Source: Felis catus
Lineage: Eukaryota
Direction of reading: 5' to 3'
Assembly (NCBI RefSeq): GCF_018350175.1
Contig: NC_058368.1
Location: forward strand, 76,508,001 to 76,572,000
DNA length: 64,000 bases
The notes beneath the pieces are model-generated. The model was not told the DNA's origin. It searched no databases and worked only from the letters and a program-made list of their open reading frames with translations. The position numbers and the translations under genes are program-made. Shown piece after piece: positions 11,961 through 24,399 of the stretch (within the stretch, counting starts at the first letter, position 1; every line of letters begins with the position of its first letter).

Positions 11961-12850
11961 CCCCACGGGGCCAACGTCATCTGCCGTAGTCACGAGGCTC
12001 CCGGGTGGCCATTCTTCCTGCAGTCGCGCAATTCCTATCCGTCTTGCCACCCCATGAACATTCGTGCTTTTGTCCACTCTGGGTGACATCGCCGGCTGTT
12101 CCCGGCGCGGGGGGCACACGTCTCTCTTACACAACCCCCCACTCCGCCCCTACGGCTCTCCAGAATCCGCCACCTCCTCTGGCGAGGCCCTCCCAGCACG
12201 CTGGGGTGGAGGGGGGCGGGCGGGGTCCACCTAGCGTGGGACGATGTGGTCCCATCGCCGGGTTCCAATGAGCTCCCTGTGTTCGCGTTTCCCACAGCAC
12301 CTGCAGTGGCCACACCGCCGTTGATGGTTTTCTCAGCGAGGACTCTCTATCTCCCGCCTGGCTAGTAGCAGGCCCCCAACGCTTTGCCGCAGACCCGGCC
12401 ACCCAGAGTCAGTCCAGGCTGGAGTGTTTAACCCATAGCTTCAGCTGGAAGGCCGAGGCCTCGCGCCATTCATCCAAAGGCTCTTTTGGTCTTTGTCCCC
12501 AAACAACTTCTCCCTGGGAAAAAGAAGCCGAGGTCACGTATCCTCTGTAGATGCCTAGCCCTAACCTACAGACCAAGAGGATGATCGCTTCACGTTGCCA
12601 ACGTTTATTTAGGTCCAAATTTTGCCGGGGGCGCTCGCATACGAGGCTCTATTCATAAGCGCTCCAGTCACAGCCCACAAAGAGTGACAACGATTGCCAC
12701 GTGTTATTTGTACACACCAACGCACGCGTTTATAATCAGCGCATTTGTGGCGAGTTTTGTTATTTGCCCAAAGATGGCTATCACGTAAATAAGGTCATGT
12801 TACCAAATTTCAGAATACCGGGTTACCCGCGAGATTTTGTGTGGCATCAT
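11800..12850. promoter_or_regulatory. CpG-island-like promoter, probably driving the minus-strand transcript
   Basis: High GC and CpG density, GC boxes (gggggcggggcggg ~12212-12225), E-box CACGTG 12698-12703, minus-strand donor TGT|gtaaga at 12131. Confidence 0.65.
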
Positions 12851-13494
12851 TCTTTTCCCTCCCCTCCCCAATATTGTAAAAAGGCCACAGATCTCAACTG
12901 ATGAGCAATGTATGAACAAACCTCGAGGACTGTAAATCATTAACATTAATCATATGTTCGTTATAGTCCTCAAAATAGAAATATTCTGCACCGCATGCCT
13001 CACAAAAGCAAGCACAGAGTGCAAAGTTATGATAAAGCTCTCTGTCAGCAAGTGTAAACTCTTACAATACAATCCAGAAACTAAATGCAATTACCAGTGT
13101 CACTGCTTACAGTAAACACATAATGTGCATATAATGAAGAAAAGCAGGAGTCAGATTAAAATAGAATTGCATCTAGAAAATTTTCTTTAGGGAATAAAGC
13201 TTCTTCTGGGGTTGATCTGGGCTATTATTTATTGACCAGGAAAATACAGGGAACTAACTCCAGGTGAGAAGTGTGTGTCTACAAAGGTGGAAAATACACA
13301 AAAGCACAAGGGGTTCAGGGAAGGACGGGCAGACTGAGAAAATCTCTTGGGAAATGTGAATAGATATTATCAGAGAGGAAAAAAAGGGAGAACAGTAAAG
13401 AATTCTTAAGAGGCCTGTAGTTTAGATAAAGTAATCTTTGCATAAATGTTTGTTTGCCACCTACTAATTGCCAGCCCCTGTGCGACTTGTCAGC

Positions 13495-13694
13495 TTTTTT
13501 TTTTTTTATGTTTATTTTTGAGAGAGACAGAGCATGAGCAGGGGAGGGGCAGAGAGAGAGGGAGACAGAGAATCCGAAGCAGGCTCCAGGCTCTGAGCTG
13601 TCAGCACAGAGCCCTATGTGGGGCTCGAACTCATGAACCATGAGATTGTGACCTGAGCTGAAGTTGGACGCTTAACCGACTGAGCCACCCAGGC
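13495..13694 (-). mobile_element. Can-SINE (Fc2-like), downstream unit of a tandem pair
   Basis: Reverse-complement SINE. Confidence 0.93.
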
Positions 13695-13707
13695 TCACCC
13701 CCACCCC

Positions 13708-13903
13708 TTTTTTAATGTTTATTTTTGACAGAGAGAGAGAGTGTGTGTGTGTGTAAGCAGGGGAGGGGCAGAGAGGAGAACAGAGGAAGCAGGCTCTGTG
13801 CTGACAGCAGCGAGACCCAGTGTGGGATGTGAACTCACGAACCTTGAGATCACGACCCGAGCAGAAGTTGGACGCTCAACCGATTGAGCCACAAAGGCGC
13901 CCC
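13708..13903 (-). mobile_element. Can-SINE, upstream unit of a tandem pair
   Basis: Reverse-complement SINE; the pair is flanked by tgtca(g/a)ctt. Confidence 0.9.
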
Positions 13904-14049
13904 TGTCAACTTCTTTTGACGTAAGGCCTTTGTCATCGGATGAGGACGTTCTCCTTATCTGATACCTATAGCATTGATCTCATGGGATACACGGTGATGA
14001 GAGACTATAGTGTGTAACTAATTGTCAACAGTTGAGTTACAAGACATTA

Positions 14050-15200
14050 CACTCGATGCCATTACATTTCATCTTTCAGTTTCTCATCTGTGGTTTCGCC
14101 TATTCACGTATTGATCCAGCCTCCTGATAAGGCCATCCACAGTATTAGCTCCTGCCAGCTTTGTGCAACCCACAAAGCAGAGGCTTCTCTGGTTTAATTC
14201 AAGTCATTAACAAGAACATGAAATTGCACCTGACTTCAAGCGTGGGCTCTAATCAAGAATGAGAAACACGCAAGTCCAATGGTCTCCACTGACAGGGCAA
14301 GTCCTTGAAGACAAACAGCTGCCTATTGTGCCAAAGCAAACAAAGGAGCGCCCAGAGAGGAGGAGGCTCGCCCAGTAAGGGAAAGAGCCTCCCTGTTCCA
14401 GCTCCGAGCCCCCGATCTGCTTCTAAGAGACAATACCAGTCTACCCTTTCCTTTAGCGGGGAAGGTTCCCTTCTGCTGGAATGATGTTCACTAGATTGAT
14501 ACAATTAAGGTCAATACTAACATGTTCCTTGCACCTGGCCTGACATTCCTACGTAGTCACGCATATCTCTTCCAATAGGGGAGCAGAAGCCTAGGATTGT
14601 GTTCTTTAGGAACCATAACTTTTCTCCACGCCAGGAAGCTCAGATCTCTGCACAATTAATAAAGCTTCTAACTTTATCACCCTGAAATTCCTCAGTCTAA
14701 CACTGGCTAAAATATGGACCCCAGAACCAAGATGTGCTGTAGGACTCACGCTTGGAGGTGATTTCTGAATTTCCTCATTTCTCAACTGGAGATTGAATGC
14801 CTTGTCTGAAGGTCCCGCTCTTCGAAAGGTCTAGAACGGACTTGTTTTTCCTTCTACCCCTCTACGCAGGAGAGCTGTGGGGTAGCTCATGTCTAAATTA
14901 TGACCAGCTGTTCAAAGAGAAGCCACAAAGAGCCACAGTGCTTTAACTCCATCCATACATATTCATTTTGCCCCAATGAGTATCTTAAGGGCTTTCTCGA
15001 AGATCTCCTGAAATCCCTAATATGCAAATTCAACACATTAAAAATATCCTCTGCCTTCAGGCGAGACAACACCTAAACCATTATTAGAGACCTCCAGAGA
15101 AGACTTCACCATCTCCTTCAATAACTGGTTTCAGCATTTAATAACCCTTTCCATCAGCCAGCTCTTAAATCTAACTTAAATCCTGCTTCCTGGTGCTTAA
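14050..15200 (-). mobile_element. Scattered CR1/L3 relics
   Basis: tcaagtcattaacaagaacatg and cctccagagaagacttcaccatctcc...tctaacttaaatcct are CR1-like. Confidence 0.4.
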
Positions 15201-15530
15201 GTTGGGGAATATCCTTCTATGAAAGAATTTTAAAGTTAGAAAATTACTCATCAGCCTGGGTATTACCGCCAGCAATTAACCACACATGGAAATATCTGAA
15301 GCCTGATGCTTTTGAAAATAGAATTCCATTATTCACACTTTCTGCAGCCAAAGACAGAGCCACAAGATAGTACTGTAACCTATTTAGGAAGGCAGTCTGG
15401 CTCTCGGATCCAACCGTGAGAACGAGCTCCAAACTCCCCACTAATCTCAGTCCAGCCAGGCGTGATTCATGGAAGCAATCCCTACGTAATAATATAGAAC
15501 ACTGGGTGGTTGGGGGGGGGGGGGGGAGGG

Positions 15531-15745
15531 GGCGGTGCCTGGGTGGCTCAGCGGGTTAAGCGTCCGACTTCAACTCAGGTCATGATCTCACGGTTCATGG
15601 GTTCGAGCCCCGTGACAGGCTCTGTGCCTGACAGCTCGGGGCCTGGGGCCTGCTTCGGGTTGTGTGTCTCGCTTTCTCTCTGCCCCTCCCCTACTCATGC
15701 GCCGTCTCTCTCCATCTCTAAAAAATGAATAAACGTTACGAAAAA
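15531..15745 (+). mobile_element. Can-SINE (Fc2-like) with a 5' G-tract inside its TSD
   Basis: Perfect TSD atagaacactggg at 15494-15506 and 15754-15766. Confidence 0.95.
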
Positions 15746-16595
15746 TTTATGACATAGAACACTGGGATCATTACCGTCCCCTTTGGTTCCCTCCCTGTGG
15801 TAGCAAGATGCTTACACATCTTTTCAGAGCTCAACAGAACACTAGTAGTGATGGTTATATGCCAGGGTCACCAGAATTTCTCCTGGGGAGCCTTTGCAAT
15901 CAGAGTTCAGCCCATCCCTTCCATCATTCCCTTTCTCTACATGACTCTGTGCAAAGAATATCATTCTGTCCCCTGGTGTAGACCGGGCTAGCATCACCCA
16001 ATGGTTGCTTCTCATGGTGAGAAAATCATTATCCTATGCTCTTCACGAAATTCTGAGACACCTGTCTATGCAACAATGACAGTGTCACTCAGCAGTTAGA
16101 AGGGCGAATAATGTCCGTAAAGTTTGGTATTATTACAGCCGTAATAACATAGGGCGTTTTTATATAAATCCTTTTAAAAGGGAGCCTGTACATATTTCCA
16201 TGCGCCCCGGCAAGGGAGAAAATTGAACAAATCCTTTCAGTAGGTGTTAAATACCATCAACATGTGAATCATCTTTAAATCATTTCCTTAACAATAGGTC
16301 CATTTTGAATGGTACAAATTACTTGGCTAAAAGAGACAAGGTGAATGCCAGCATACTGATAAACTAGCAAACGCAAATGAAGTCAGTGTGACTGTCACCT
16401 CGTATATGCTCTGCTGGGGCCCGGTGGAGAGGCCGCAGAAATGCTTACAATTTTGTCTTGTGAAACATGACAGACCTCCCTTGACAGGACTTCTCCCTAA
16501 GCAGGCCTGCGGAAACCGGAGGACGCTATGTGACTCTGTACGAACGCTGTCTTGTTAAAGTGGCCCCACCACCCCCACGGCTCGTCATCATCGAC

Positions 16596-17310
16596 GTGGT
16601 AGACAGTGCTCCCCCAAGTGTCCCCCATGTCCCCATGAGGACATGCCCTCGTCCCCAGAACCTGTGAATATAGGACCTTCCATGACCAAAGGATCTTTGC
16701 AGATGTAATCACATCAAGGATCCTGGAAGGCGGAGATGATCCCGGATGATCCAGGTGGGACCAATGTCATCACAAGGGTTTTTATAAGAGAGGCAGAGGG
16801 TGGCCGTCAGAGGGGATGTGGCTGTAAAGGTAGAGGCCGAGGCCGGACTGCTGAGAAGAAAAGCTGATGAGCCGGGGAGGTGCACAGCCTGGGAAGCTAG
16901 AAACAGCAAGGAAGTGTTCTGTTCTTTTGAGCCTCTGGAAAGAACATGGCCCCATAGACACATTGATTTTAGCCCACTGAGACTTCTGACATCCAGAACT
17001 ATAGGAGAGTAAAACTACATTTAAAAAAAAATTTTTTTTAATCTTTATTTATTTTTGCAAGAGAGACAGAGTGTGAGCAGGGGAGGGACAGAGGGAGAGG
17101 GAGACACAGAGTCCGAAGCAGGCTCCAGGCTCCGAGCTGTCAGCACAGAGCCCGATGCGGGGCTCGAACTCACAAACCGTGAGATCATGACCTGAGCCGA
17201 AGTCGGACGCTCAACCGACTGAGCCACTCGGGCGCGCCTGAAGTTACATTTTCGAAGCCACTAAGCTGGTGGTAGTTTGTTACAGTGGCTGATACAAGGG
17301 AGTAATGTAC
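16596..17310 (+). mobile_element. MaLR LTR (MLT1D-like) split by a Can-SINE
   Basis: ccccagaacctgtgaatat...ctttgcagatgtaat...gattttagcccactgagacttctgac...gaagccactaag...tttgttacag. Confidence 0.8.
17032..17238 (-). mobile_element. Can-SINE (Fc2-like)
   Basis: Reverse-complement SINE; degenerate TSD ending tacattt. Confidence 0.93.
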
Positions 17311-17645
17311 TGCTCACAGAATGAAAACATAAACCAGAGATTTATACAGACAGGGACTTAAATATTTCCCTTTTTAGGCAGTTAAAGGTTATCGCGTGAT
17401 CTAGTGTTCGGGATGTGTGTTTGAACTACACTTCTTCTGTTCAGGTACTCGATGTTCTGAGGTCTTACATCTGCTAGCATTGTCTAAGATGACCATTACC
17501 CCATCTCCCTGCACTTCTGTAAACAGCAGGTGCTAAAATGAAATTATATTCAAAGGCATTTAATCGAACCCTCGAAAGGAGCCAGTTAGCTAAAATCCTG
17601 CACTTCCCCAATAACTTCAAACTAACTTCAAAAAGAGCAGACATT

Positions 17646-17878
17646 GGGGCGCCTGGGTGGCGCAGTCGGTTAAGCGTCCGACTTCAGCCAGGTCACGATC
17701 TCGCGGCCCCGTGAGTTCGAGCCCCGCGTCGGGCTCTGGGCTGATGGCTCAGAGCCTGGAGCCTGTTTCCGATTCTGTGTCTCCCTCTCTCTCTGCCCCT
17801 CCCCCGTTCATGCTCTGTCTCTCTCTGTCCCAAAAATAAAATAAAATAAACATTGAAAAAAAAATTTAAAAAAAAAAA
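17646..17878 (+). mobile_element. Young SINEC_Fc
   Basis: Diagnostic gcgcagtcgg...cagccaggtcacgatctcgcgg...ctctgggctgatgg; TSD aaaaagagc(a/g)gacat. Confidence 0.95.
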
Positions 17879-17896
17879 GAGCGGACATAGTTTAGA

Positions 17897-18375
17897 GCAG
17901 ACTTTGGCAGACTAGCATACAGGTCACATCCACCTGTTTTTGTAAATAAGGTTTTATTAGAACACAGCCACGTTTTTTGTTTATTTATTATAAGTGACTT
18001 GCTCTCATGCTACAACCTCAGAGATGAGTGGTTTTCGCAGACCATACACTACACGAGTATCTACATATCACCCTTGACTTTGTCTTTCAGCCTACAAAGC
18101 CTAAAACACTTACCACCTGGCTTTTTTCATTTTTTTTAATGTTTATCTATTTTTGAGACAGAGAGAGTGCGAGCAAGGGAGGGGCCGTGAGAGAGAGACG
18201 CACACAGAATCAGAAGCAGACTCCAGGCTCTGAGCGATCAGCACGGAGCCCGACGTGGGGCTTGAACTCATGAACCGTGAGATCATGACCTGAGCCGAAG
18301 TCGGACTTTCAACCAACGGAGCCACCCAGGCGCCCCTCCACCTGCCTCTTCACAGAAAAAATTGGCTGACCCCTG
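17897..18375. mobile_element. MER58-family hAT element split by a Can-SINE
   Basis: cctgtttttgtaaataaggttttattagaacacagccac...aaagcctaaaa...ttggctgacccctg. Confidence 0.75.
18122..18336 (-). mobile_element. Can-SINE (Fc2-like)
   Basis: Reverse-complement SINE; TSD ccacctg. Confidence 0.93.
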
Positions 18376-19269
18376 GATTAAAGGACTCTCTTTGGAGTCA
18401 GACAGACTTAAGTTCTAATGGCATTTGAGGCAAAGCATTTAATCTCAGGGAGCCTCATTTTTCTTTATTTGTAGAGGACACAGATATCCACACCTACCTT
18501 AGAGGAGACTGAAGCCTAGAATACAGTGCATAGGACATTTGTCAAAGGGAGCATGTATTAATAATATTATATATTAATTATTTTGCAATTCTATAAAATA
18601 TTAAACACCTCAAAAATTAACTTACAAAGTAATAGCTAAACAAGCAATAGATGCTTCTAACAATAGCATTGCTCTTTAGCAGATGCTCCGTAAGTATTTT
18701 TGAATGAATGAGTAATCTGGATTTCCAAGTCATGCGATGGCGTCATGCTAAGACTGAATTATGCTGGGACATCAGAAGGCGTCCTCCCCAAGTCTTTACC
18801 TACTGAACTGATCACAGCAATACGAAGCAACTCCTCTGGTACCAGGAAGGAACCATCTCCAGGGAAGGATAGCAGGCTGCAGTAGACGTCAAGGGCAAGG
18901 AAGCTTTAGGCGGATCATCTGAGAACAGTCGCAGGAGTAGGGAAAACGTTAAGTGCCCTACATGAATTCCCACTTCACACCAGTGACCTCCTCATGACTT
19001 ACTTGTATCAGTTCAAGAAAGCACAAAGAGATTCCGAGAGAAGAGACAAATTGTACCACCATTATATGGGGAAGCAACCATTCTAATTCATTGTCATTTC
19101 ATGGATTTTTCCAATCCTAAAATTTGGCATGATTAGGGAAGCCTTTGTATTCTTTCTAACTCGGGAAAATGAATTCTTTAGGTTGACTAAGCCTTGACCA
19201 TGACTCTTTCCAATGCTTTATCACAATGTTATCACTTTCTAGACACACCCTTGGCGATTATCAGGGAAA

Positions 19270-19490
19270 ACAGTTGATTGGGCTTGAGTCACAACATCCT
19301 GGTCCGGATTCAGCCCTGTAACTTTTCCTACTATCGTCATCTTAAGTTCCTACTTTTCCCTACTTTTCTACTTTTTCATCCATCAAAATGGAGCTAAAAA
19401 TATTTAACTCGTGGATTTGTTCTGAATATTAAATGAGATAACTTACATAGAAACATGCACCAAAAGCACTATTTTACAGGTTTATTATTA
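19270..19490. mobile_element. MIR SINE relic
   Basis: tcatccatcaaaatggag...ttaaatgagataac...tattatta core. Confidence 0.6.
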
Positions 19491-19624
19491 GCTAATTACA
19501 TGGTAGAAATCAGATGCAAACATGCTCTAAATACTGAAGGGCAATGTAAACATCAGCCATTTGTATACAGCAATAAATAGACTAAAATGGATTACATTTT
19601 AATGTAACTGAAAAAGTCATATTA

Positions 19625-19843
19625 GGGGCGCCTGGGTGGCTCAGTCGGTTAAGCGTCCGACTTCGACTCAGGTCATGATCTCACGGTCTGTGGGTTCGAG
19701 CCCCGCGTTGGGCTCTGTGCTGACAGCTCAGAGCCTGGAGCCTGCTTCGGATTCTGTGTCTCCCTCTCTCTCTGCCCCTCCCCCGTTCATGCTCTGTCTC
19801 TCTCTGTCTCAAAAATAAACATTAAAAAAAAATTTAAAAAAAA
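19625..19843 (+). mobile_element. Can-SINE (Fc2-like)
   Basis: Perfect TSD aaaaagtcatatta. Confidence 0.95.
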
Positions 19844-19859
19844 GTCATATTAAAGCCAT

Positions 19860-20845
19860 GGAACTATCACAGTTTATAGCAGTATTTCTCACGTTGGACG
19901 AAAACTGGACACACAAATGTTCGTCAACTGGCAAATGGATAGATAATTGTGGTGTATTCCTCCTATGGAATACAACTGAACAATATAAAGTGTTAATACG
20001 TGCAATAGCATGGGTAAATCTCATAAACCTTATGCTTGAGCAAATGAAAGCAAACACAAGAAGCCATGTGACAGTTAATTTTACATATCCATTTGGTTAG
20101 GTTGTGGTACCCAATTGTTTTTGTGAAACACCAACAACTTGGTGCTGTGAATGCATTTTTTAGATGTGATTAACACTGAAGTCAGTAGACTGAATAAAGC
20201 AGATCCCCCTGCTTTATTGTAGATATTGCTTTATTATAGATAATATGGGTGGGCCTTGTTCAATCAGTTGAAGGTCTTAAGAGAAAAGACTGAGCTTCCT
20301 TGAAAAAAAAAAAAAAAGAACTGCCTCCGGGCTGCCTTTGGACTTAAAAGGCATCAACTCTTCAACCTTTGGCAGAACATCCAGGCTCCTGGCCTGCATT
20401 CCAAATTTCAGACTTGCCAAACCCCTGTAACCAAATGACTCAGTTCCTTCAAATAACAGAAATATTTCTCTCTTCTCTTCTCTCTCCATAGGTATGCATT
20501 GCATAGACATTAAATATATTTCATAGATATGTGTGTGTGATCGCCTGTTTCTCGGGAGGACCCCGACAAATACAGGCTGCGTATCCCATAATTCCATTTC
20601 CATGAAATTACGGAAAAATGAAAACAGTAGTGACAGGAAGCGCATCCGTGCAGATGAGTAGTTCCGTGGGGCTGGGAGAACGCGAAACTTCTTAGGAAAC
20701 TCTTTAGGATAACGGAAATGTTTTACACATTTGCACCTAAATGTACAAGTGGCTGCGTGATTGCACCGATTACCAAAATGTCTCAAACTGTGTATGTGTA
20801 CTTAAAATGGGTGAATGTTACTGTATTTAAAATATATCTCAACAG
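19860..20845 (+). mobile_element. Old L1M 3' fragment interrupted by an MLT2 LTR
   Basis: aaactggacacacaaatgttcgtcaactggcaaatggata...; resumes after 20574 with attccatttccatgaaatt...cttaaaatgggtgaat. Confidence 0.7.
20067..20574 (+). mobile_element. ERVL solo LTR (MLT2-like)
   Basis: tgtgacagttaatttta...tagatgtgattaaca...gggtgggccttgttcaatcagttgaagg...cagacttgcc...gaccccgacaaataca; TG...CA ends. Confidence 0.8.
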
Positions 20846-22168
20846 AACTTGGAGGGAAAACTCAGACTGCAAACCACGTAACAGGCTGCAATATTCTCCT
20901 GTACCTCACGAGCAAACTTAATGAAAAATTATTTTGTGTATAACGTTATTTTTTCATGAATATAAAAATACCAGGATTTGTTGAATTGCCATTATTGCCT
21001 AACACACTAAACACGTTCAAGGGGAGCAAATGCTAATATATCTGTCAGGCAGAATCGTGGGTAATTCACATACGCATTATTATGAACAAGTTAATTAAAG
21101 TCATCATACTAATAAATTACATCCACTAAAGCCATTGTTTTATTCACTTCTGATTTATGTACAGTCCGTCTCTTGAGTAAATGGAAACTTTGATGTGACA
21201 GTAAAAGCTCAATAACTAATATATCAATCCATAGTAAACATCATCCAAAGGCAACTGTGATAAAATTAAGTCCTCCTTACAGTAGCTGGGAAGAGAAACT
21301 GTATTAAAAATAAAGGTGTTTATAACTTCAAAGGTACCAGCAGCATCACCAGTTCTGACACAGCGACTTTGATCTCTGGCTCCGAAGCCGTTTTACAGCC
21401 GTTCCCGAGTTATCAGGAAGTCACCGGCTCAGGACAGAGCAATTGACAAAGGTAGGAGAGCCTCAAATAAACAGCTCAAAGCCTTTGCTGAGAATTTCCA
21501 CCTTTGCTCTCTCAACTGCCCTTCTGGACAAACAGTTCCATGACAAACAAATTGGTCTGCTCTCGATTTGCTACCACATTTCCTAGATACGGGTTACCCA
21601 GCAGCGTCTCTCGACTGCAACCATGAATAATGATTCCCCCTATGAATCAAGACACTCGCTTCCTCATGCTACCCATGCAGCTGAGCCCAGCCACAGCTTT
21701 TAAATGCTTTATTGTCACTATGGAGGGTGATTGGGAACATTACAAAATGTCAGAAGTGGAGAACTCTGTCTAAAAATACCTCGCCGTGAAGTTTATGGCA
21801 GCAAGGCCATTTTACCATTGGTAACAGATTTTAGGAGCACACTTGGATTTGATCGGCAATTCCGACACTTTGAGCCTGAGACAAACTATCGACCTCTCTG
21901 AAACTCAGACGCAAAAGTGGGAAAATTTTGAGTCTGCCTGTTTAAAGGCTCAGATAGGAAAATAAGAGTAATTATGCCAACCGTGCCTGCCTGTTTAAAG
22001 GCTCAAATAATGTTTGTAAAGCCTCTACTTTCAATGCCCAGCCCTCGTAAGATCTCAATAAAAGCGGGGCATACCGCCAGGCTTATTCCTTAAAAGAGCT
22101 GACTGGGGAGGGGTGGGCTTGTATTTAATTCCTGAGACAATTGTCATCTCCTGTAAAACCCTGGTCCT

Positions 22169-22385
22169 GGGATGCCTGGGTGGCTCAGTCAGTTAAGCGT
22201 CCAACTTCAGCTCAGGTCATGATCTCACAGTTCAGGAGTTCGAACCCCACGTTAGGCTCTCTGCTGTTGGCACGGATCCTGCTTTGGATCCTCTGTCCCC
22301 CATGTCTGTGCCCCCACTTTGCTCATTCTCTCTCTCAAAATAAATAAATAACCTTTAAAAAAAAAAACAAAAAGAACAAAAAAAA
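22169..22385 (+). mobile_element. Can-SINE
   Basis: Head, A tail, TSD aaaac..tggtcct. Confidence 0.92.
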
Positions 22386-23685
22386 CATGGTCCTAAACAT
22401 CACGGATTCTAGTAGGTTCCAGTTAAAGTAGCAAGCCAACCTTATGTGGACATGTGTCAAGTAATAGCCTCCCCTCCTGAAGGAGATCGACCCTCACGTC
22501 CTGAAGAGCAGGGCTTTCTTTCGAGGGTAGAACCAGCCATCTCCTATGCCCCTCAACACTGATCCCCCGATATACCAGTCTAAACTTTCATTTTCAAAGA
22601 CACAAAATCAATAGACACCCGCTAAGCTTGTAACTGAACTTACTCCTTCTAAAAGAAAACGTGAAAGGGTTGACAGGTGTCAATACGTGCTGATTGATTT
22701 TTAGGAGACATATTAAAAAATGAGGGTGCCAATTTATTTTCTCTGCTGATGACCGATAACGGTTTCGGTCGCCTTAAAACACAACCCCGTCCCTTTCAGA
22801 CACCACTTTGATCGTCCAAGGTTTCTGTGCCCCTCTCTTTTTCTCTCCTTTTTTCTCCATCTAATACCTCGTTACTCGCCGATCGATAGCAGTTATGTCT
22901 TTATCATTCACGCTGAAGCCCGATTTTGTCACCACCACCTCGCCACGAGCACCACTGGAAACGCCGACGTCCACACCGGTGACTTAGCTGACAACGTCCG
23001 CTGCAGCAACTGTAAAAGCAAAGCGTGACACCAAAAGTCTTCTTTGCAAAGATACGGGACCATCTGATGCCTAGAAGTACGCAGAGTAGTGCATCAATAT
23101 GACGTGTCCTGGCACTCGAAGCTCTTTCAGGGGGCATGTATTATCTTTCTCTGGGTTTCTAGCCCTAGAAATGACTTGGCACAGAGTAAATGCTCAATTA
23201 ATACTCGAGGAAAGAGTAAACAAGCCATGTCTCACAAAACACGCCGAAGCGCGACAGAGACAGAAATAACTTTTTTTTTTTCTGTCCAAGGGAAATTTTT
23301 TGAAGAATGTGCAGTGGAGGAATTCGAGAGGTCCCCCCTCCCTTCATACCAGCCTAATTTCTCTGAAGAACCCCGCAGCACTAAAGCCCGTCTGTATCTC
23401 AGGTCACTAAATGAAGGGGTCTTACATACGGAGAAACCAAAAAATAACGCTGGAGAAAGGAACAGGGAACTTACGATAGCTGCTCTCTTTGGGACCATGG
23501 AAAACAACCAGTTCCGTCTTTGGCATGGCTGATAGTCATGATTCCTATTCAAGAAATTATTCAGGTAAGTGTTTTATAAATTATTTGTGCAGTGAAATGC
23601 ATAGGCACTGAAGTAATATGGAATGAAGGTACAATCCTTTCCTTTGTGGAAGACAAATCGCACCGTGTTGGAAAGGTCTTATGTT

Positions 23686-23906
23686 GGGGGCGCCTGGGTG
23701 GCTCAGTCGGTTAAGTGTTGGACTCTTGATTTTGGCTCAGGTGATGATCTCACAGTTGGTGAGTTCGAACCCCGAATTAGGCTCTGCGCTGATAGCAAGG
23801 AGCCTGCTTGGGATTCTCTTTCCCCTCTCTCTATCCCTCTCCTGCTCACACTCTCTCATGCTCTCTCTCTCTCTCTCAAAATAAATAAATGAACATTTTT
23901 TAAAAA
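23686..23906 (+). mobile_element. Can-SINE (Fc3-like)
   Basis: gactcttgattttggctcagg variant, CT tract. Confidence 0.93.
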
Positions 23907-23973
23907 TGTTCTTAGGTTCCAACAGTTCGAACTTGGATTGGTTTTCAGAATGACTTGGATATAATTAGATGTA

Positions 23974-24180
23974 TTTTTTAAAAAACGTTTTATTCATTTT
24001 CGAGAGAGAGACCGAGCGTGAGGGCAGGGGCAGAGAGAGAAGGAGACACAGCATTTGACTCAGGCTCCAGGTTCTGAGCCATTAGCACAGAGCCCTACAG
24101 AGGGCTTGAACTCAGGAGCTGTGAGATCATGACCCCAGCCGAAGTTGCATGCTTAACCAACTGAGCCACCCAGGGGCCCC
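23974..24180 (-). mobile_element. Can-SINE (Fc2-like)
   Basis: Reverse-complement SINE; TSD gatgta(t/c)tt. Confidence 0.92.
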
Positions 24181-24399
24181 GGATGTACTTATATAGTGCT
24201 GTTTTAATTTGCCCCATATGCACTCACTGAGATGTCTTAGACTGGACGTCACATAAACAAATCTAGTTAAGGTTGGCTCAACTGGAGAGAAAAAGAAATC
24301 CATGATATCCCACCAGGATGGAAAACCTTTCGTCCCATGTCTTAGCCAGTTATTTTCCTGTTGCCAAATTAAACGATCCTGACAAATACGGGGCACGCA

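Noticed and set aside
12215-12316. VWPLQV.. here and TLEYTSKA in the 91-1 unit loosely recall MEIKIN
   Set aside because: Short matches from memory, no ATG, and no ACSL6 exons immediately upstream as synteny would require.
11126-12402. Long Pro/Gly/Arg-rich ORFs on both strands
   Set aside because: Expected from GC-rich, stop-poor island and LTR sequence; no recognisable domain.
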